Assembly: GCA_021325635.1 (NCBI GenBank)
Contig: JAJPGV010000034.1
Span: forward strand, 60,745 to 124,744
DNA: 64,000 nucleotides
Source of the DNA: Chloroflexota bacterium
GTDB taxonomy: Bacteria; Chloroflexota; JAJPGV01
Direction of reading: 5' to 3'
Shown: piece by piece, positions 1 through 9,185 of the stretch
Layout of the letters: every line of letters begins with the position of its first letter
Position numbering within the stretch: position 1 is the stretch's first letter
Position numbers and translations under genes: made by a program
The notes under the pieces: generated by a model
Databases searched by the model: none
What the model saw: the letters and a program-made list of their open reading frames with translations, nothing else
Told to the model about the DNA's origin: nothing

Positions 1-242
1 AGCGCCACCTCCAGTCCCGGCTTGCTGCGCAGGTCGATCATGATGCTGCGCTTGCCCCGGTTCAGCGAGCAGAAGGTCGAGCTGTAACCTCCGCTGGTCC
101 AGTTGCGATAGGGATCGCCGTGCGGTGGAGGTTCTATCTTGACGACGTCTGCTCCCAGGTCGGCGAGCAGGACGCCGGCGTAGGGTCCCGCGACGTAGTT
201 GGCGAACTCGACCACGCGTAGGCCTTCGAGAGCTGTAGACAC
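1..242 (-). CDS. CoA-transferase family III (CaiB/BaiF-like), N-terminal fragment; gene runs off the left window edge
   Basis: Minus-strand translation from GTG at 242: VSTALEGLRVVEFANYVAGPYAGVLLADLGADVVKIEPPPHGDPYRNW..., the N-terminal signature of family III CoA transferases. GGAGG lies 5 nt upstream of the GTG. Confidence 0.7.
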   Translation of the reverse strand, partial: MSTALEGLRVVEFANYVAGPYAGVLLADLGADVVKIEPPPHGDPYRNWTSGGYSSTFCSLNRGKRSIMIDLRSKPGLEVA

Positions 243-335
243 TGGCACCTCCGGGGACTGCTGCGCTTCCCTGCGGTCAGCTGTTGGCCGGCTCGCACCG
301 GTCAAGCGGGGCCGATGGTAGCATCGCCCGCAGGC

Positions 336-2999
336 TCAGGCGGATTCGAGGAGAAGGCTGTCGGCTTGCCCACAGGTGCCGGCCTGGCATAGCGGCAAGC
401 GTTTGCCCGAGGCTTCGTCGTACAGGCCGATTTCCACCTTGCCAAGCGCGCCGGAGGGCACTGCCAGGTCGTAGCTGTCGGTGATGAACTCGTTTTTCAC
501 CCAGCGCTCCGTGTTGGCGGCGAGATCGACCTGCCCAGCGATGCGCCCGCTGGCGTCGAGGGCATGGATGAACACTTTGTATGACCGATCCGTCTCGGTG
601 AGGACCTTCCAGTACAGCCTCAAGCCCAACCCTTGTGGGGTGCGCACGTCGTCGTAGCCTACGAGCTGAGCCAGGTCGCCGAACTGCGCCTGCATCGGAT
701 GCTCGACCTGGGGAGGGGTGAACACGTGGGAGCCCTTGAGCAGCTGTATGCTGCCGATGGTCGCTGGGCCAACCTTCACCGCATAGCGTCCCGGCGCCAG
801 GGTCGATGGCGCCCGAATCTTCACCCGATCGGCAACCACGTCGTTCGACTGCCACTTACTCGTGGGGTAAGACGCCCCGCCCACGACGTGATCTTGCACC
901 TGATTCCCGATGGCTATCGGGACCATGCTGTCAGTCGTGGAGCGGCTGCCCTGCCACAGCAGGCGCAGCTCGACAGGATCACCCACCGCAACGGTCGGCT
1001 GACCAATCGCCGCCCCCACGAGCCGCTCGGAATCGACGCGAACGTCGAGGCGGGGCAGATCCGTTGCCTGCGCAGATTGCGGCAGGCTGTGGTCGACCGT
1101 GACGTGGGCGATAGTTGCGGGGTCGCCAAGTGGCTTGCCGTTGGCCGGGTCGTAGGCAACGACCGTGACCGAATACTCGCCGGGAGGTGTGCCCACGGGC
1201 ACGACGACGCCGCGGCGATCCTCGAGGTCTTGCCCGGATGGCCAGGTTGCCGGATCGAAGAAGCCTCCCAGCGGACTTCCATCGAAGCTGGCTATGACGC
1301 CGTGGTTGGCGTCCTCGATGCGCAGCGACGTCTTGAAGTTGGGGAACGGGCCGCCGGCTGCATGCCAGCGCAGCGCCATGTCCAGCGAACCACCGGCCGG
1401 AACGGGCCGGTCGGGCTGAGAGGAGTCGACCAGGTCCAGCGAGCCGACGTGGGCGCTTGCCGGCTGCGGGGGCCCCGACGCGGTTAGGCCATAGAACTGC
1501 AGCCTCTGGAAGATGAAGTTGTGGGCGAAGGCCTGGAAGCGCTCGGCGGCGAGGGTGCGCTCGGTATCCAGGTGCGGGTCATACCGAAGGGCGTCGGTAT
1601 CGATAAACCAGATGCCCGAGCTGTTCGCGGCCAAGGCATCGATCTGCCCCTTGGTGCGCGCGGGATCGACGGGCACTCCCTCGGGAGGCACGAATTCGAC
1701 TCGCTGCGACAGGCCGTGGCGCAGCTGGGCGTAGTACCAGTACAGGTACCACTGCGAGACGCCGTCCAGCACGACCGCGTCGTTTGGGGCGATGTGGCTG
1801 GCCAGATAGTCGGCCAGCGGCCGGTAGGCCTCCGTGACGAAAGCGTCGGTGAACAGTCGGTTGTGGATGTAGGTGCCGCTCAGCAGCGCAAAGAAGGCGA
1901 CGGCGATGAGTCCAACGATTGCCGCCGCCCGCCACAGGAGCAGCACCGCGCCTGCCAGGATGAGCGAATAGCCTGGGGCTCCCAGCAGCAGGAAGCGAGC
2001 GCCGAATTGCGTCTGGTGCGCCAACGTGGCCAGGCCGAAGGCCAACGGCGCCAGCACGTAGGCCAGGGAGATGCCGGCCGCGGTCTTGCCAGCCAGTCGC
2101 AGCAGGCCAACTCCTCCGGCCAGGAACAGGACGCCCACGATCGCTCCTTCCGCTGTGACGAGCGGGCCGGGCGTGAAGGCGGGGCCGAAGTTGAACCACT
2201 GGTAGGTCTCGCGCAGACCCAGCGAGATGATCTCCCAGGTGCCGTGACCCCGGTGATAGCCCAGCAGGGCTCCCGATACGATGGCTACCCACGGCAGGAA
2301 CACGAGCGCAATGACGGCGTCGGCGGCGATCCACGGCCGCCACGTGGTCAGGCGCTGGCCGACCGCGTTAGGCCAGCGCCTGACGCGCGCTGCGGGCTGC
2401 CAGTCCCAGCCCATAAGCCAGGCCAGCAGCATGACCTGCTCCAGCGCCACGATAGCGATGGCGTAGTAATGGCTGTACAGGGCAGCCAGCACCAGGAGCA
2501 CGTAGAACGGGATGAGCCGGTGACGGCGGAAGGCCTTCAGCAGCACGATGAAGGACAGCAGGCCAAAGAACAGCGCCTGCGCATAGTCTCGGGCGGTTTC
2601 GGAATACAGAATCTGGTAGGGGTTGATGGCGGCCAGCAGGCCGGCAGTCAACCCGAGTGGTGGCCCAGCCAAAGTCCTGCCCAGCCGGCAAACAGCGCCC
2701 ACGGCCAGGACGCCGGGAATGACCGACAGCATCCGGACGGCGAATTCGGACACACCGGCCGGATGCATCCAGAGCTGCAGCAGGAAGAGATACAGTGGCG
2801 GATGCGGCTCGTCGATGCGCATCGCCTGGAGGTAGGTCCCCTGGTGCGCGATCTGGACGAAAAAGGCCTCATCGTCGGTCAGGTTCGCGACCCACAGCCC
2901 CAGCACCCGCAGGCCGAACGCCAGCAGCAGGATGACGCAGATGGCGACTCGCTCGGGGCTCGCGGAGCGAGGCTGCGGCTCCCCAGACAGCCGGCTCAC
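336..2999 (-). CDS. GT-C fold membrane glycosyltransferase (ArnT/PMT-like, GT39/GT83-type) with three C-terminal beta-rich repeat domains
   Basis: 887-aa ORF. Multi-pass hydrophobic N-terminal half with a DDEAFF loop motif (DE motif of ArnT/PMT-type enzymes). C-terminal half has three related modules of about 80 aa (LRWHAAGG...; LRLLWQGS...; LRLYWKVL...YKVFIHALD). Confidence 0.75.
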   Translation of the reverse strand: MSRLSGEPQPRSASPERVAICVILLLAFGLRVLGLWVANLTDDEAFFVQIAHQGTYLQAMRIDEPHPPLYLFLLQLWMHPAGVSEFAVRMLSVIPGVLAVGAVCRLGRTLAGPPLGLTAGLLAAINPYQILYSETARDYAQALFFGLLSFIVLLKAFRRHRLIPFYVLLVLAALYSHYYAIAIVALEQVMLLAWLMGWDWQPAARVRRWPNAVGQRLTTWRPWIAADAVIALVFLPWVAIVSGALLGYHRGHGTWEIISLGLRETYQWFNFGPAFTPGPLVTAEGAIVGVLFLAGGVGLLRLAGKTAAGISLAYVLAPLAFGLATLAHQTQFGARFLLLGAPGYSLILAGAVLLLWRAAAIVGLIAVAFFALLSGTYIHNRLFTDAFVTEAYRPLADYLASHIAPNDAVVLDGVSQWYLYWYYAQLRHGLSQRVEFVPPEGVPVDPARTKGQIDALAANSSGIWFIDTDALRYDPHLDTERTLAAERFQAFAHNFIFQRLQFYGLTASGPPQPASAHVGSLDLVDSSQPDRPVPAGGSLDMALRWHAAGGPFPNFKTSLRIEDANHGVIASFDGSPLGGFFDPATWPSGQDLEDRRGVVVPVGTPPGEYSVTVVAYDPANGKPLGDPATIAHVTVDHSLPQSAQATDLPRLDVRVDSERLVGAAIGQPTVAVGDPVELRLLWQGSRSTTDSMVPIAIGNQVQDHVVGGASYPTSKWQSNDVVADRVKIRAPSTLAPGRYAVKVGPATIGSIQLLKGSHVFTPPQVEHPMQAQFGDLAQLVGYDDVRTPQGLGLRLYWKVLTETDRSYKVFIHALDASGRIAGQVDLAANTERWVKNEFITDSYDLAVPSGALGKVEIGLYDEASGKRLPLCQAGTCGQADSLLLESA

Positions 3000-3147
3000 C
3001 CGGTGGTTATCGATCGCTGGCTGCGCCCTGTGCCTTCACCGGCCGGTCCACTCACGCTGCTTGAGTCTACACCGCCATCCTGAGCCGTATTTATAGTTCG
3101 AGTGCTCGAGTTCGAAACCGATATCACGAGCATCGGAGTAAGCGCAT

Positions 3148-3618
3148 ATGGCTAAGGCGACATTCGCGGCAGGCTGTTTCTGGGGTGTCGAGGACGTGTT
3201 TCGCCACACGCCCGGCGTCGTCAGCACGCGGGTGGGCTACACCGGTGGGACGACGTCCAATCCGACCTATCACGAGGTATGCACGGACCGTACCGGCCAC
3301 GCCGAGGCGGTGGAGGTGGAATACGACCCAGCCAAGATCAGTTATGAAGCGCTGCTCGAGGTCTTTTGGGAGAACCACGATCCGACGACGCTGAACCGCC
3401 AGGGACCGGACGTCGGCACGCAGTATCGGTCCGCCGTCTTCGTGCACGATGGGGAGCAGGAGTCTGCGGCGCGCAAGTCCAAGGAAGACCTGCAGCGCAG
3501 TGGCCGTTACTCCAGACCAGTGGTGACCGAGATTGCCCCGGCCCCAACCTTCTGGGAAGCGGAGGACTACCACCAGCAGTATTTCGAAAAGCGCGGCATC
3601 ACTCACTGCCAGATTTGA
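3148..3618 (+). CDS. msrA: Peptide methionine sulfoxide reductase MsrA
   Basis: 156 aa with the GCFWG active-site motif and full-length MsrA-like sequence; GGAGTAAG RBS upstream of the ATG. Confidence 0.95.
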   Translation: MAKATFAAGCFWGVEDVFRHTPGVVSTRVGYTGGTTSNPTYHEVCTDRTGHAEAVEVEYDPAKISYEALLEVFWENHDPTTLNRQGPDVGTQYRSAVFVHDGEQESAARKSKEDLQRSGRYSRPVVTEIAPAPTFWEAEDYHQQYFEKRGITHCQI

Positions 3619-3835
3619 CCGCCGCACCGCTGCCGCAGTAGTACCTGCGGAGCACCCCCTGGGTGCTATTTCCTAGGTAAAGCTGGCATTCCCGCCGGAG
3701 ATGGCGTACTCTAGCCGCGATGCGGGAGGCTGAAGGGCGGCTGCCATCCTGGGCGTGCCGGGCTAGCCGAGCAGGTGTGTCGTTTGTGGGTAGCTGGAGG
3801 GCTAGGCCCAACACGGCTGTGAGAGAGAGCAGCGT

Positions 3836-5470
3836 GTGGCTGCGTTAGACATTCGCCTGAGCCCCACCGAAGGGCTGCACGAGCAGGAAGTGCTGGGGCT
3901 CCTGGAGGTGGCGGCGGCGGTGGCGGGTGTCCTGGATCCCCAGCGCGTCGGCCAGCTGGCCGTCGACTGGGCTCGTCATTTGCTCGAGGTCGATGGCGCG
4001 CATCTGTGGATTGTGGATTCGGATACGAAGGGTCTGCGCTCGCTCGCCCGCAACGACCCATCCGCTCCGACCGCCGATGACGAAAGCCGCGGGCAGTCGA
4101 TCGTGGGTCAGGTCTTCAGCCAGCGAAAGGCGATCGTCGTGGACGATTACCAGGGGTGGGAACACGCGCTGAGGGCCATGGCCGGCGCTGGTGTTGCATC
4201 GGCAATGGGCGTGCCGCTGCTGGTCAACGACCGCCCTCTGGGCGTCATGGTGGTTCACAATTACCGGCCGCGGACGTTCGAAGGGCGCGAGGTGCACCTG
4301 CTCGAGCTGTTTGCCGCGCTGGTTGCGCCCGCTCTCGAAGCGGCGCGGCTCTACTCGGAGACCGAACGGCGGCGGGCGGAAGCCGAGGTGCTCAGCGTCA
4401 GCCTGGCGGAGGGGCTGTGCGCCGTCGACTCGCGCGGGACGCTCACCTTCGCCAATCCCGCGGCCGCCAAGCTGTTGGGTTGGGACCAGGCGGAGCTGCT
4501 GGGGCGGGAATTTCACTCGTGTGTGCATTTGCCGCATGATGCTTCGGGGACGGTATGCCCTCTGGAGCAGACCCTGCGCAGCGCTTCCGCCGTTCGAGTC
4601 GAGGACGACGAGTTCCTGCGCCGCGACGGGCGTCCGATTCCCACCTCCTACAGCGCGTCCGCCATTATCATCAACGAGGAACCGGCGGGCATGGTGGTCG
4701 CCTTTCGCGATCAAACCCATCGCCGCCAAAACGAGCAGCGGATTCGCTCGCTCAATGCCGAGCTGGAGCAGCGAGTCCTAGAACGAACCGCTGAGCTCGA
4801 AGCGGCCAACGGCGAGCTGGAGGCCTTCAGCTATTCGGTGTCACACGACCTGCGAGCGCCCCTGCGCAGCATCGACGGCTTCTGCCAGGTGCTGATCGAG
4901 GACTACACCGATCGCTTGGATGCGAGTGGCAAAGACTATCTGCAGCGGGTGCGCACGGCCAGCCAGCGTATGGCCGAGCTTATCGACGGTTTGCTGGACC
5001 TGTCTCGGGTTACGCGAGCTACCATGTCGCGGGAGCCGGTGGACCTCACTGACCTGGCGGCCAGCGTGGTGGCCGAGCTGACCCGTGCCAAGCGGGATCG
5101 CACGGTGACATTCGAGGTTCAGGAGGGCTTGCAGGCTACCGGTGATGCCCGGCTGCTGCGGCTGCTCGTGGACAACCTGTTGAACAATGCCTGGAAGTTC
5201 ACCTCGAAGCACGAGACGGCGAGGATTGAATTTGGGTCAACGACGCTCGACGGCAGGCAGGTATTTTTCGTGAGGGATGACGGGGCCGGGTTTGAGATGG
5301 CTTACGCTAACAAGCTGTTCGGACCGTTTCAGCGGCTGCACGGGGCCCACGAATTCGAGGGCACCGGGATTGGGCTGGCCACGGTTCAACGTATCGTGAG
5401 CCGGCACGGGGGCAAAGTTTGGGCAGAGGGTGAAGCAGAGCAGGGAGCCTGCTTCTACTTCACGCTGTGA
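3836..5470 (+). CDS. Sensor histidine kinase with GAF and PAS domains
   Basis: 544 aa. N-terminal GAF-like region, central PAS-like region, HisKA H-box (SVSHDLRAPL) and HATPase_c motifs (NAWKF, DDGAGF, GTGIGLA). Confidence 0.9.
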   Translation: MAALDIRLSPTEGLHEQEVLGLLEVAAAVAGVLDPQRVGQLAVDWARHLLEVDGAHLWIVDSDTKGLRSLARNDPSAPTADDESRGQSIVGQVFSQRKAIVVDDYQGWEHALRAMAGAGVASAMGVPLLVNDRPLGVMVVHNYRPRTFEGREVHLLELFAALVAPALEAARLYSETERRRAEAEVLSVSLAEGLCAVDSRGTLTFANPAAAKLLGWDQAELLGREFHSCVHLPHDASGTVCPLEQTLRSASAVRVEDDEFLRRDGRPIPTSYSASAIIINEEPAGMVVAFRDQTHRRQNEQRIRSLNAELEQRVLERTAELEAANGELEAFSYSVSHDLRAPLRSIDGFCQVLIEDYTDRLDASGKDYLQRVRTASQRMAELIDGLLDLSRVTRATMSREPVDLTDLAASVVAELTRAKRDRTVTFEVQEGLQATGDARLLRLLVDNLLNNAWKFTSKHETARIEFGSTTLDGRQVFFVRDDGAGFEMAYANKLFGPFQRLHGAHEFEGTGIGLATVQRIVSRHGGKVWAEGEAEQGACFYFTL

Positions 5471-5471
5471 C

Positions 5472-5936
5472 ATGGCACTCGCGGAGGACCCGAAATTGGC
5501 AAGCAAAGTCATTCTGCTGGTTGAGGACAACCCGGACGATGAGGCGCTCACCTTAAGGGCCCTCAACAAGCACAACGTGACCAACGAGGTGGTGGTCGCC
5601 AGGGATGGAGCGGAAGCGCTGGACTTTCTGTTCCGCACCGGAGCGTACGCCGGCAGAGACGCCCAGCAGACGCCACAGGTCATCCTGCTGGATCTCAAGC
5701 TCCCCAAGATCGACGGGCTCGAAGTGCTGCGGCGCATCCGCCAGGACGACCGAACCAGGCTCCTGCCGGTGGTCATCCTGACGTCCTCCAAGGAGGAGGA
5801 GGACATCCTCAACGGCTACCGCCTGGGCGCCAACAGTTACGTTCGCAAGCCGGTTGACTTCGTCGAATTCACGGATGCCGTCCGCCAGCTGGGACTCTTT
5901 TGGCTGCTCTTGAACGAGCCGCCTGTGATCAAGTAG
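5472..5936 (+). CDS. Single-domain response regulator (CheY-like receiver)
   Basis: Receiver-domain signature (ILLVEDNPDDE ... ILLDLKLPKIDG ... YVRKP). ATG at 5472 sits 1 nt after the kinase stop; the ORF-track start at 5430 overlaps the kinase and was trimmed. Confidence 0.85.
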   Translation: MALAEDPKLASKVILLVEDNPDDEALTLRALNKHNVTNEVVVARDGAEALDFLFRTGAYAGRDAQQTPQVILLDLKLPKIDGLEVLRRIRQDDRTRLLPVVILTSSKEEEDILNGYRLGANSYVRKPVDFVEFTDAVRQLGLFWLLLNEPPVIK

Positions 5937-7709
5937 ATGGGGGGCGACGAAGGGACCCCGGATCGGACCATCCGCGTCCTGCTCGTTGAGGATTCGGAAG
6001 ACGACGCCGAGCTCGTCCTCATCGCCCTTCGGAGGGCGGGGTACGAGGTGCAGCGCTCGCGTGTCGAGAGCGGTGCCGAGATGGACAAAGCTATCGAAGA
6101 TGGCGAGTGGGATGCCGTCATCTCCGATTTCAACATGCCTCATTTCAGCGCCCTGGGCGCGCTCAGCGTGCTGCACGAGCACGAGCTTGACTTACCGTTC
6201 ATCGTCGTCTCGGGCGCTATCGGCGAGGAGATCGCGGTGATGTGCATGAAGGCCGGCGCGCACGACTACGTCATGAAGGACAACCTGGCTCGCCTGGCGC
6301 CGGCGGTCGAACGCGAGCTGCGCGAGGCGCGGGTGCGAGCCGAGCGACGCAGCGCGGAGGAGGCTTTGCTGCACCTCGCGCTGCACGATCCGCTGACCGG
6401 CTTGCCAAACAGGACGCTGATGCAGGACCGGCTGGAGCAGGCCATCTTAGCTGCCCGCCGAGACGCGCGGCGCCTTACAGTCATGCTCATCGACCTCGAC
6501 CGGTTCAAAGAGATCAACGATGCCTTCGGGCATCACTACGGCGACCAGCTGCTGCGGCAGATCGGCCCGCGCCTGCAGGGACTCCTCGATGAGACGGACA
6601 CGGTGGCGCGCCTGGGGGGCGATGAGTTCGCGGTGATCCTGCCGGAATGTGACGACCTGGAGATGGCCAAGACCATCGCCGCCCAGCTGCTCGAAGCCAT
6701 CTCCGCGCCGTTCAGGGTCGAGGATCAGATCCTGCACGTGGACGCGAGCGTGGGCATCGTCGCCTCTCCGGAGCATGGCCAAGACGTGCAGACCTTGATG
6801 CGACGGGCCGACGTGGCCATGTACGCGGCCAAGCGCGAGGGTGAAGGCTGCAGCGTCTACCACGTGGAGCAGGACCGGCACACGGCCAGCCGGCTGACGT
6901 TAGGGACGCAGCTGCGGCAGGGCATCGAGCAGCAGCAGCTCGTCATTTACTACCAGCCGAAGGTCGATTTGCGGACGGGCGAGCTGGTGGGCGTCGAAGC
7001 GCTGGTGCGCTGGCACCATCCGGAGCGGGGCCTGCTGGCGCCGGACCACTTTATTCCCCTGGCAGAGCAAACCGGGCTCATCAAGCCGCTCAGTGTATGG
7101 GTGTTGAGCTCAGCGCTGGAGCAATGCGGGCGGTGGCATGCGCAGGGGCGCAATTTCACCGTGGCTGTGAACCTGTCCATGCGCAACCTGCACGATCCCC
7201 AGCTGCCAGAGCAGGTGGCGGAGGTGCTCCAAACCTGGGCGATCCCGCCCTCGATGCTGCAGTTCGAGATCACCGAGACCGTCCTCATGACCAATCCAGC
7301 CCGGGCGTTGGAGGTGATCACCCAGCTGAGCCACATGGGTATTCAGCTCAGCGTGGACGACTTCGGAACCGGCTACTCGTCACTTGCCTACCTCAAGCGG
7401 CTGCCGGTAGCGGAGATCAAGATCGACAAGTCGTTCGTGGGCGAGATGGCGCATGACGACAACGACGCCGTCATCGTCCGATCGACCATCGATCTCGGCC
7501 ACAATCTGGGCCTGAACGTGGTGGCTGAGGGTGTCGAGACACGCAGCGTGTGGGACCAGCTTGCCGGCCTGGGCTGCGATCTCGCGCAAGGCTTCTACCT
7601 GGCTCGGCCAATGCCCGCCGATCAACTGGAACGCTGGCTCGGACGCACCGCCACGAAATACGGCGAAGCGACCTCCAAGCCAACGGTCCAGTACGCCCAG
7701 ATCCACTGA
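5937..7709 (+). CDS. Response regulator with REC, GGDEF and EAL domains (c-di-GMP turnover)
   Basis: 590 aa. N-terminal receiver (VLLVEDSEDDAEL), intact GGDEF motif (RLGGDEFAV), C-terminal EAL-type domain (QFEITE, DDFGTGYSSL). ATG immediately follows the upstream stop (TAGATG). Confidence 0.9.
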   Translation: MGGDEGTPDRTIRVLLVEDSEDDAELVLIALRRAGYEVQRSRVESGAEMDKAIEDGEWDAVISDFNMPHFSALGALSVLHEHELDLPFIVVSGAIGEEIAVMCMKAGAHDYVMKDNLARLAPAVERELREARVRAERRSAEEALLHLALHDPLTGLPNRTLMQDRLEQAILAARRDARRLTVMLIDLDRFKEINDAFGHHYGDQLLRQIGPRLQGLLDETDTVARLGGDEFAVILPECDDLEMAKTIAAQLLEAISAPFRVEDQILHVDASVGIVASPEHGQDVQTLMRRADVAMYAAKREGEGCSVYHVEQDRHTASRLTLGTQLRQGIEQQQLVIYYQPKVDLRTGELVGVEALVRWHHPERGLLAPDHFIPLAEQTGLIKPLSVWVLSSALEQCGRWHAQGRNFTVAVNLSMRNLHDPQLPEQVAEVLQTWAIPPSMLQFEITETVLMTNPARALEVITQLSHMGIQLSVDDFGTGYSSLAYLKRLPVAEIKIDKSFVGEMAHDDNDAVIVRSTIDLGHNLGLNVVAEGVETRSVWDQLAGLGCDLAQGFYLARPMPADQLERWLGRTATKYGEATSKPTVQYAQIH

Positions 7710-8163
7710 CCCGGCCTTTCGTCGAGCGCCTGCGCAACGAGGGCGACCCGACGACCGCTTTCATTGCCAAACTCGGCTACCGGTAGGCACTTTCCGCCTT
7801 CGGTGACGTTGTATCCGGACAGCACGCGAGCGTGGGTGCGTGCTGAAGGGATCGGTGTTCTCGAGGGAAGGAATGGAGATAGCCGGACGCTCGACCGTGA
7901 AGCCGGAACGGCAGCCGCTGCCTGTGCTCGATACCCGGCACACGTGCCGCTACCTGGGCTTGAGCGAACAGGCCGGCCGGCACAACGGCGTTCCGAGCGC
8001 AGAGCATCGATGCCACCTGTGGGGTCTGCAGGAGCAGGTGGACCTCTTGCACCAGCGAAGCTACTGCCTCACCACCGAGCACCGCTGCTGTCCCTGGCTG
8101 TCCGTTCCTCCCGACGGCCGCCGGCCGAAGGACCGGCGTCTCCCGAAGAAACGGCTGGCCGTG

Positions 8164-9138
8164 ATGAGCGGGCTGCTGTCGCTGGCCGGCAGCTTCGCGG
8201 CGCTGTTCCTCAGTGGGATCTTGGCCTTGCCCGACCTGGCCGGCCTGGGCGGCTCTGCCGCCGTGCTTGCCGGGCCCGCCGTCGTTCCGGCCGGATCAAT
8301 CGGCCAGCTGCGTTCGGCCTCTCCGGACAGAGATGCTGCGCCAGGCGGGCGAAGGCTGCGCGCCGCCGGGAACGACCCCAGCGCCGTGAGCAATGAGCCG
8401 CTTTCGGCTGAGCTGCTGTCGAAGAGCGGACCCAGGACGGTCACCGCCCAGCTGCCGGCAGCCAGCGGTGGGACCGTGCTGGCAGGCAATGTTGGCCTGT
8501 CGTTTTCGGCAAAGGCACTGTCGGCGCTTTCGGGTCCCGTCGCGGTCTCGGTCGACGCGCAGCCCCCCGCTGGCTTTCCCGGCGGTCCCGCGCAATTCAG
8601 CCCGAACGGGACTATCGTGGACGTGAATGTCAGGGATTCGCGAGGGCAGCTCGTCACTACCTTTGCCGATCCGGTAGACGTCCTATTTCGCTACAACGGC
8701 GCGGACCTGGCCATGGCCAGGGGCGATCCCGGCGTGCTGACTGCCGCCTATGTGCTCGACGCGCAGTCGCCAGCGATTGAGAACCCCCTCCACTTCCCCG
8801 TCGGCACATGGGTGTTCTTTCCGCCGTCGAATGTGAAGCTGGATACCGCCAGCGGGACCATCGCCGTCCGCACTCAGGCGATTGGGTCGATCATGAGCGT
8901 GGTGTCCACGTCGATTGGCTACGCCCAAACCCTGAAGCCCGAGGTCCGGCTCTTTTCGAGCTTCGATCCGGCGACTTCGGTCATCTTCGGCAGCAAGAAG
9001 CAATTCAGCTACCTGCAGGTGCTGGAGCCGCAGATCGGGAGCCGGCTGCTGGTGCGGGATCTCCAAAGCGGGAACGTGGCCTACGTGAACGCCGCGGACG
9101 TGGGTCCGTCCGGCCCCCCGCCGGCGCCGGCCCCCTAG
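8164..9138 (+). CDS. Hypothetical secreted or membrane-anchored protein
   Basis: Downstream part of ORF 7840..9138. Trimmed to ATG 8164, where a hydrophobic signal/TM-like segment begins (MSGLLSLAGSFAALFLSGILA); the upstream 108 codons are Arg/Cys/His-rich and look non-coding. No recognisable family. Confidence 0.45.
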   Translation: MSGLLSLAGSFAALFLSGILALPDLAGLGGSAAVLAGPAVVPAGSIGQLRSASPDRDAAPGGRRLRAAGNDPSAVSNEPLSAELLSKSGPRTVTAQLPAASGGTVLAGNVGLSFSAKALSALSGPVAVSVDAQPPAGFPGGPAQFSPNGTIVDVNVRDSRGQLVTTFADPVDVLFRYNGADLAMARGDPGVLTAAYVLDAQSPAIENPLHFPVGTWVFFPPSNVKLDTASGTIAVRTQAIGSIMSVVSTSIGYAQTLKPEVRLFSSFDPATSVIFGSKKQFSYLQVLEPQIGSRLLVRDLQSGNVAYVNAADVGPSGPPPAPAP

Positions 9139-9185
9139 ACAAGCAGACGCATTTGGAGCGCCGAGCCGTTATCCTCTGTACAACC

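Noticed and set aside
1521-3083. 520-aa plus-strand ORF
   Set aside because: Antisense to the 887-aa GT-C membrane protein; Arg/Gly/Gln-rich shadow ORF.
3845-4729. 294-aa minus-strand ORF
   Set aside because: Antisense to the GAF-PAS histidine kinase.
7710-8160. Possible c-di-GMP riboswitch downstream of the GGDEF-EAL gene
   Set aside because: I could not find the conserved GEMM-type motifs (GCAAACC / GGGACGCAAAGCC-like) by inspection; retained only as an unexplained gap.
8808-9185. Upstream extension of the MFS transporter ORF
   Set aside because: Overlaps the upstream secreted-protein gene; the MFS N-terminus and first TM segment begin at ATG 9186.
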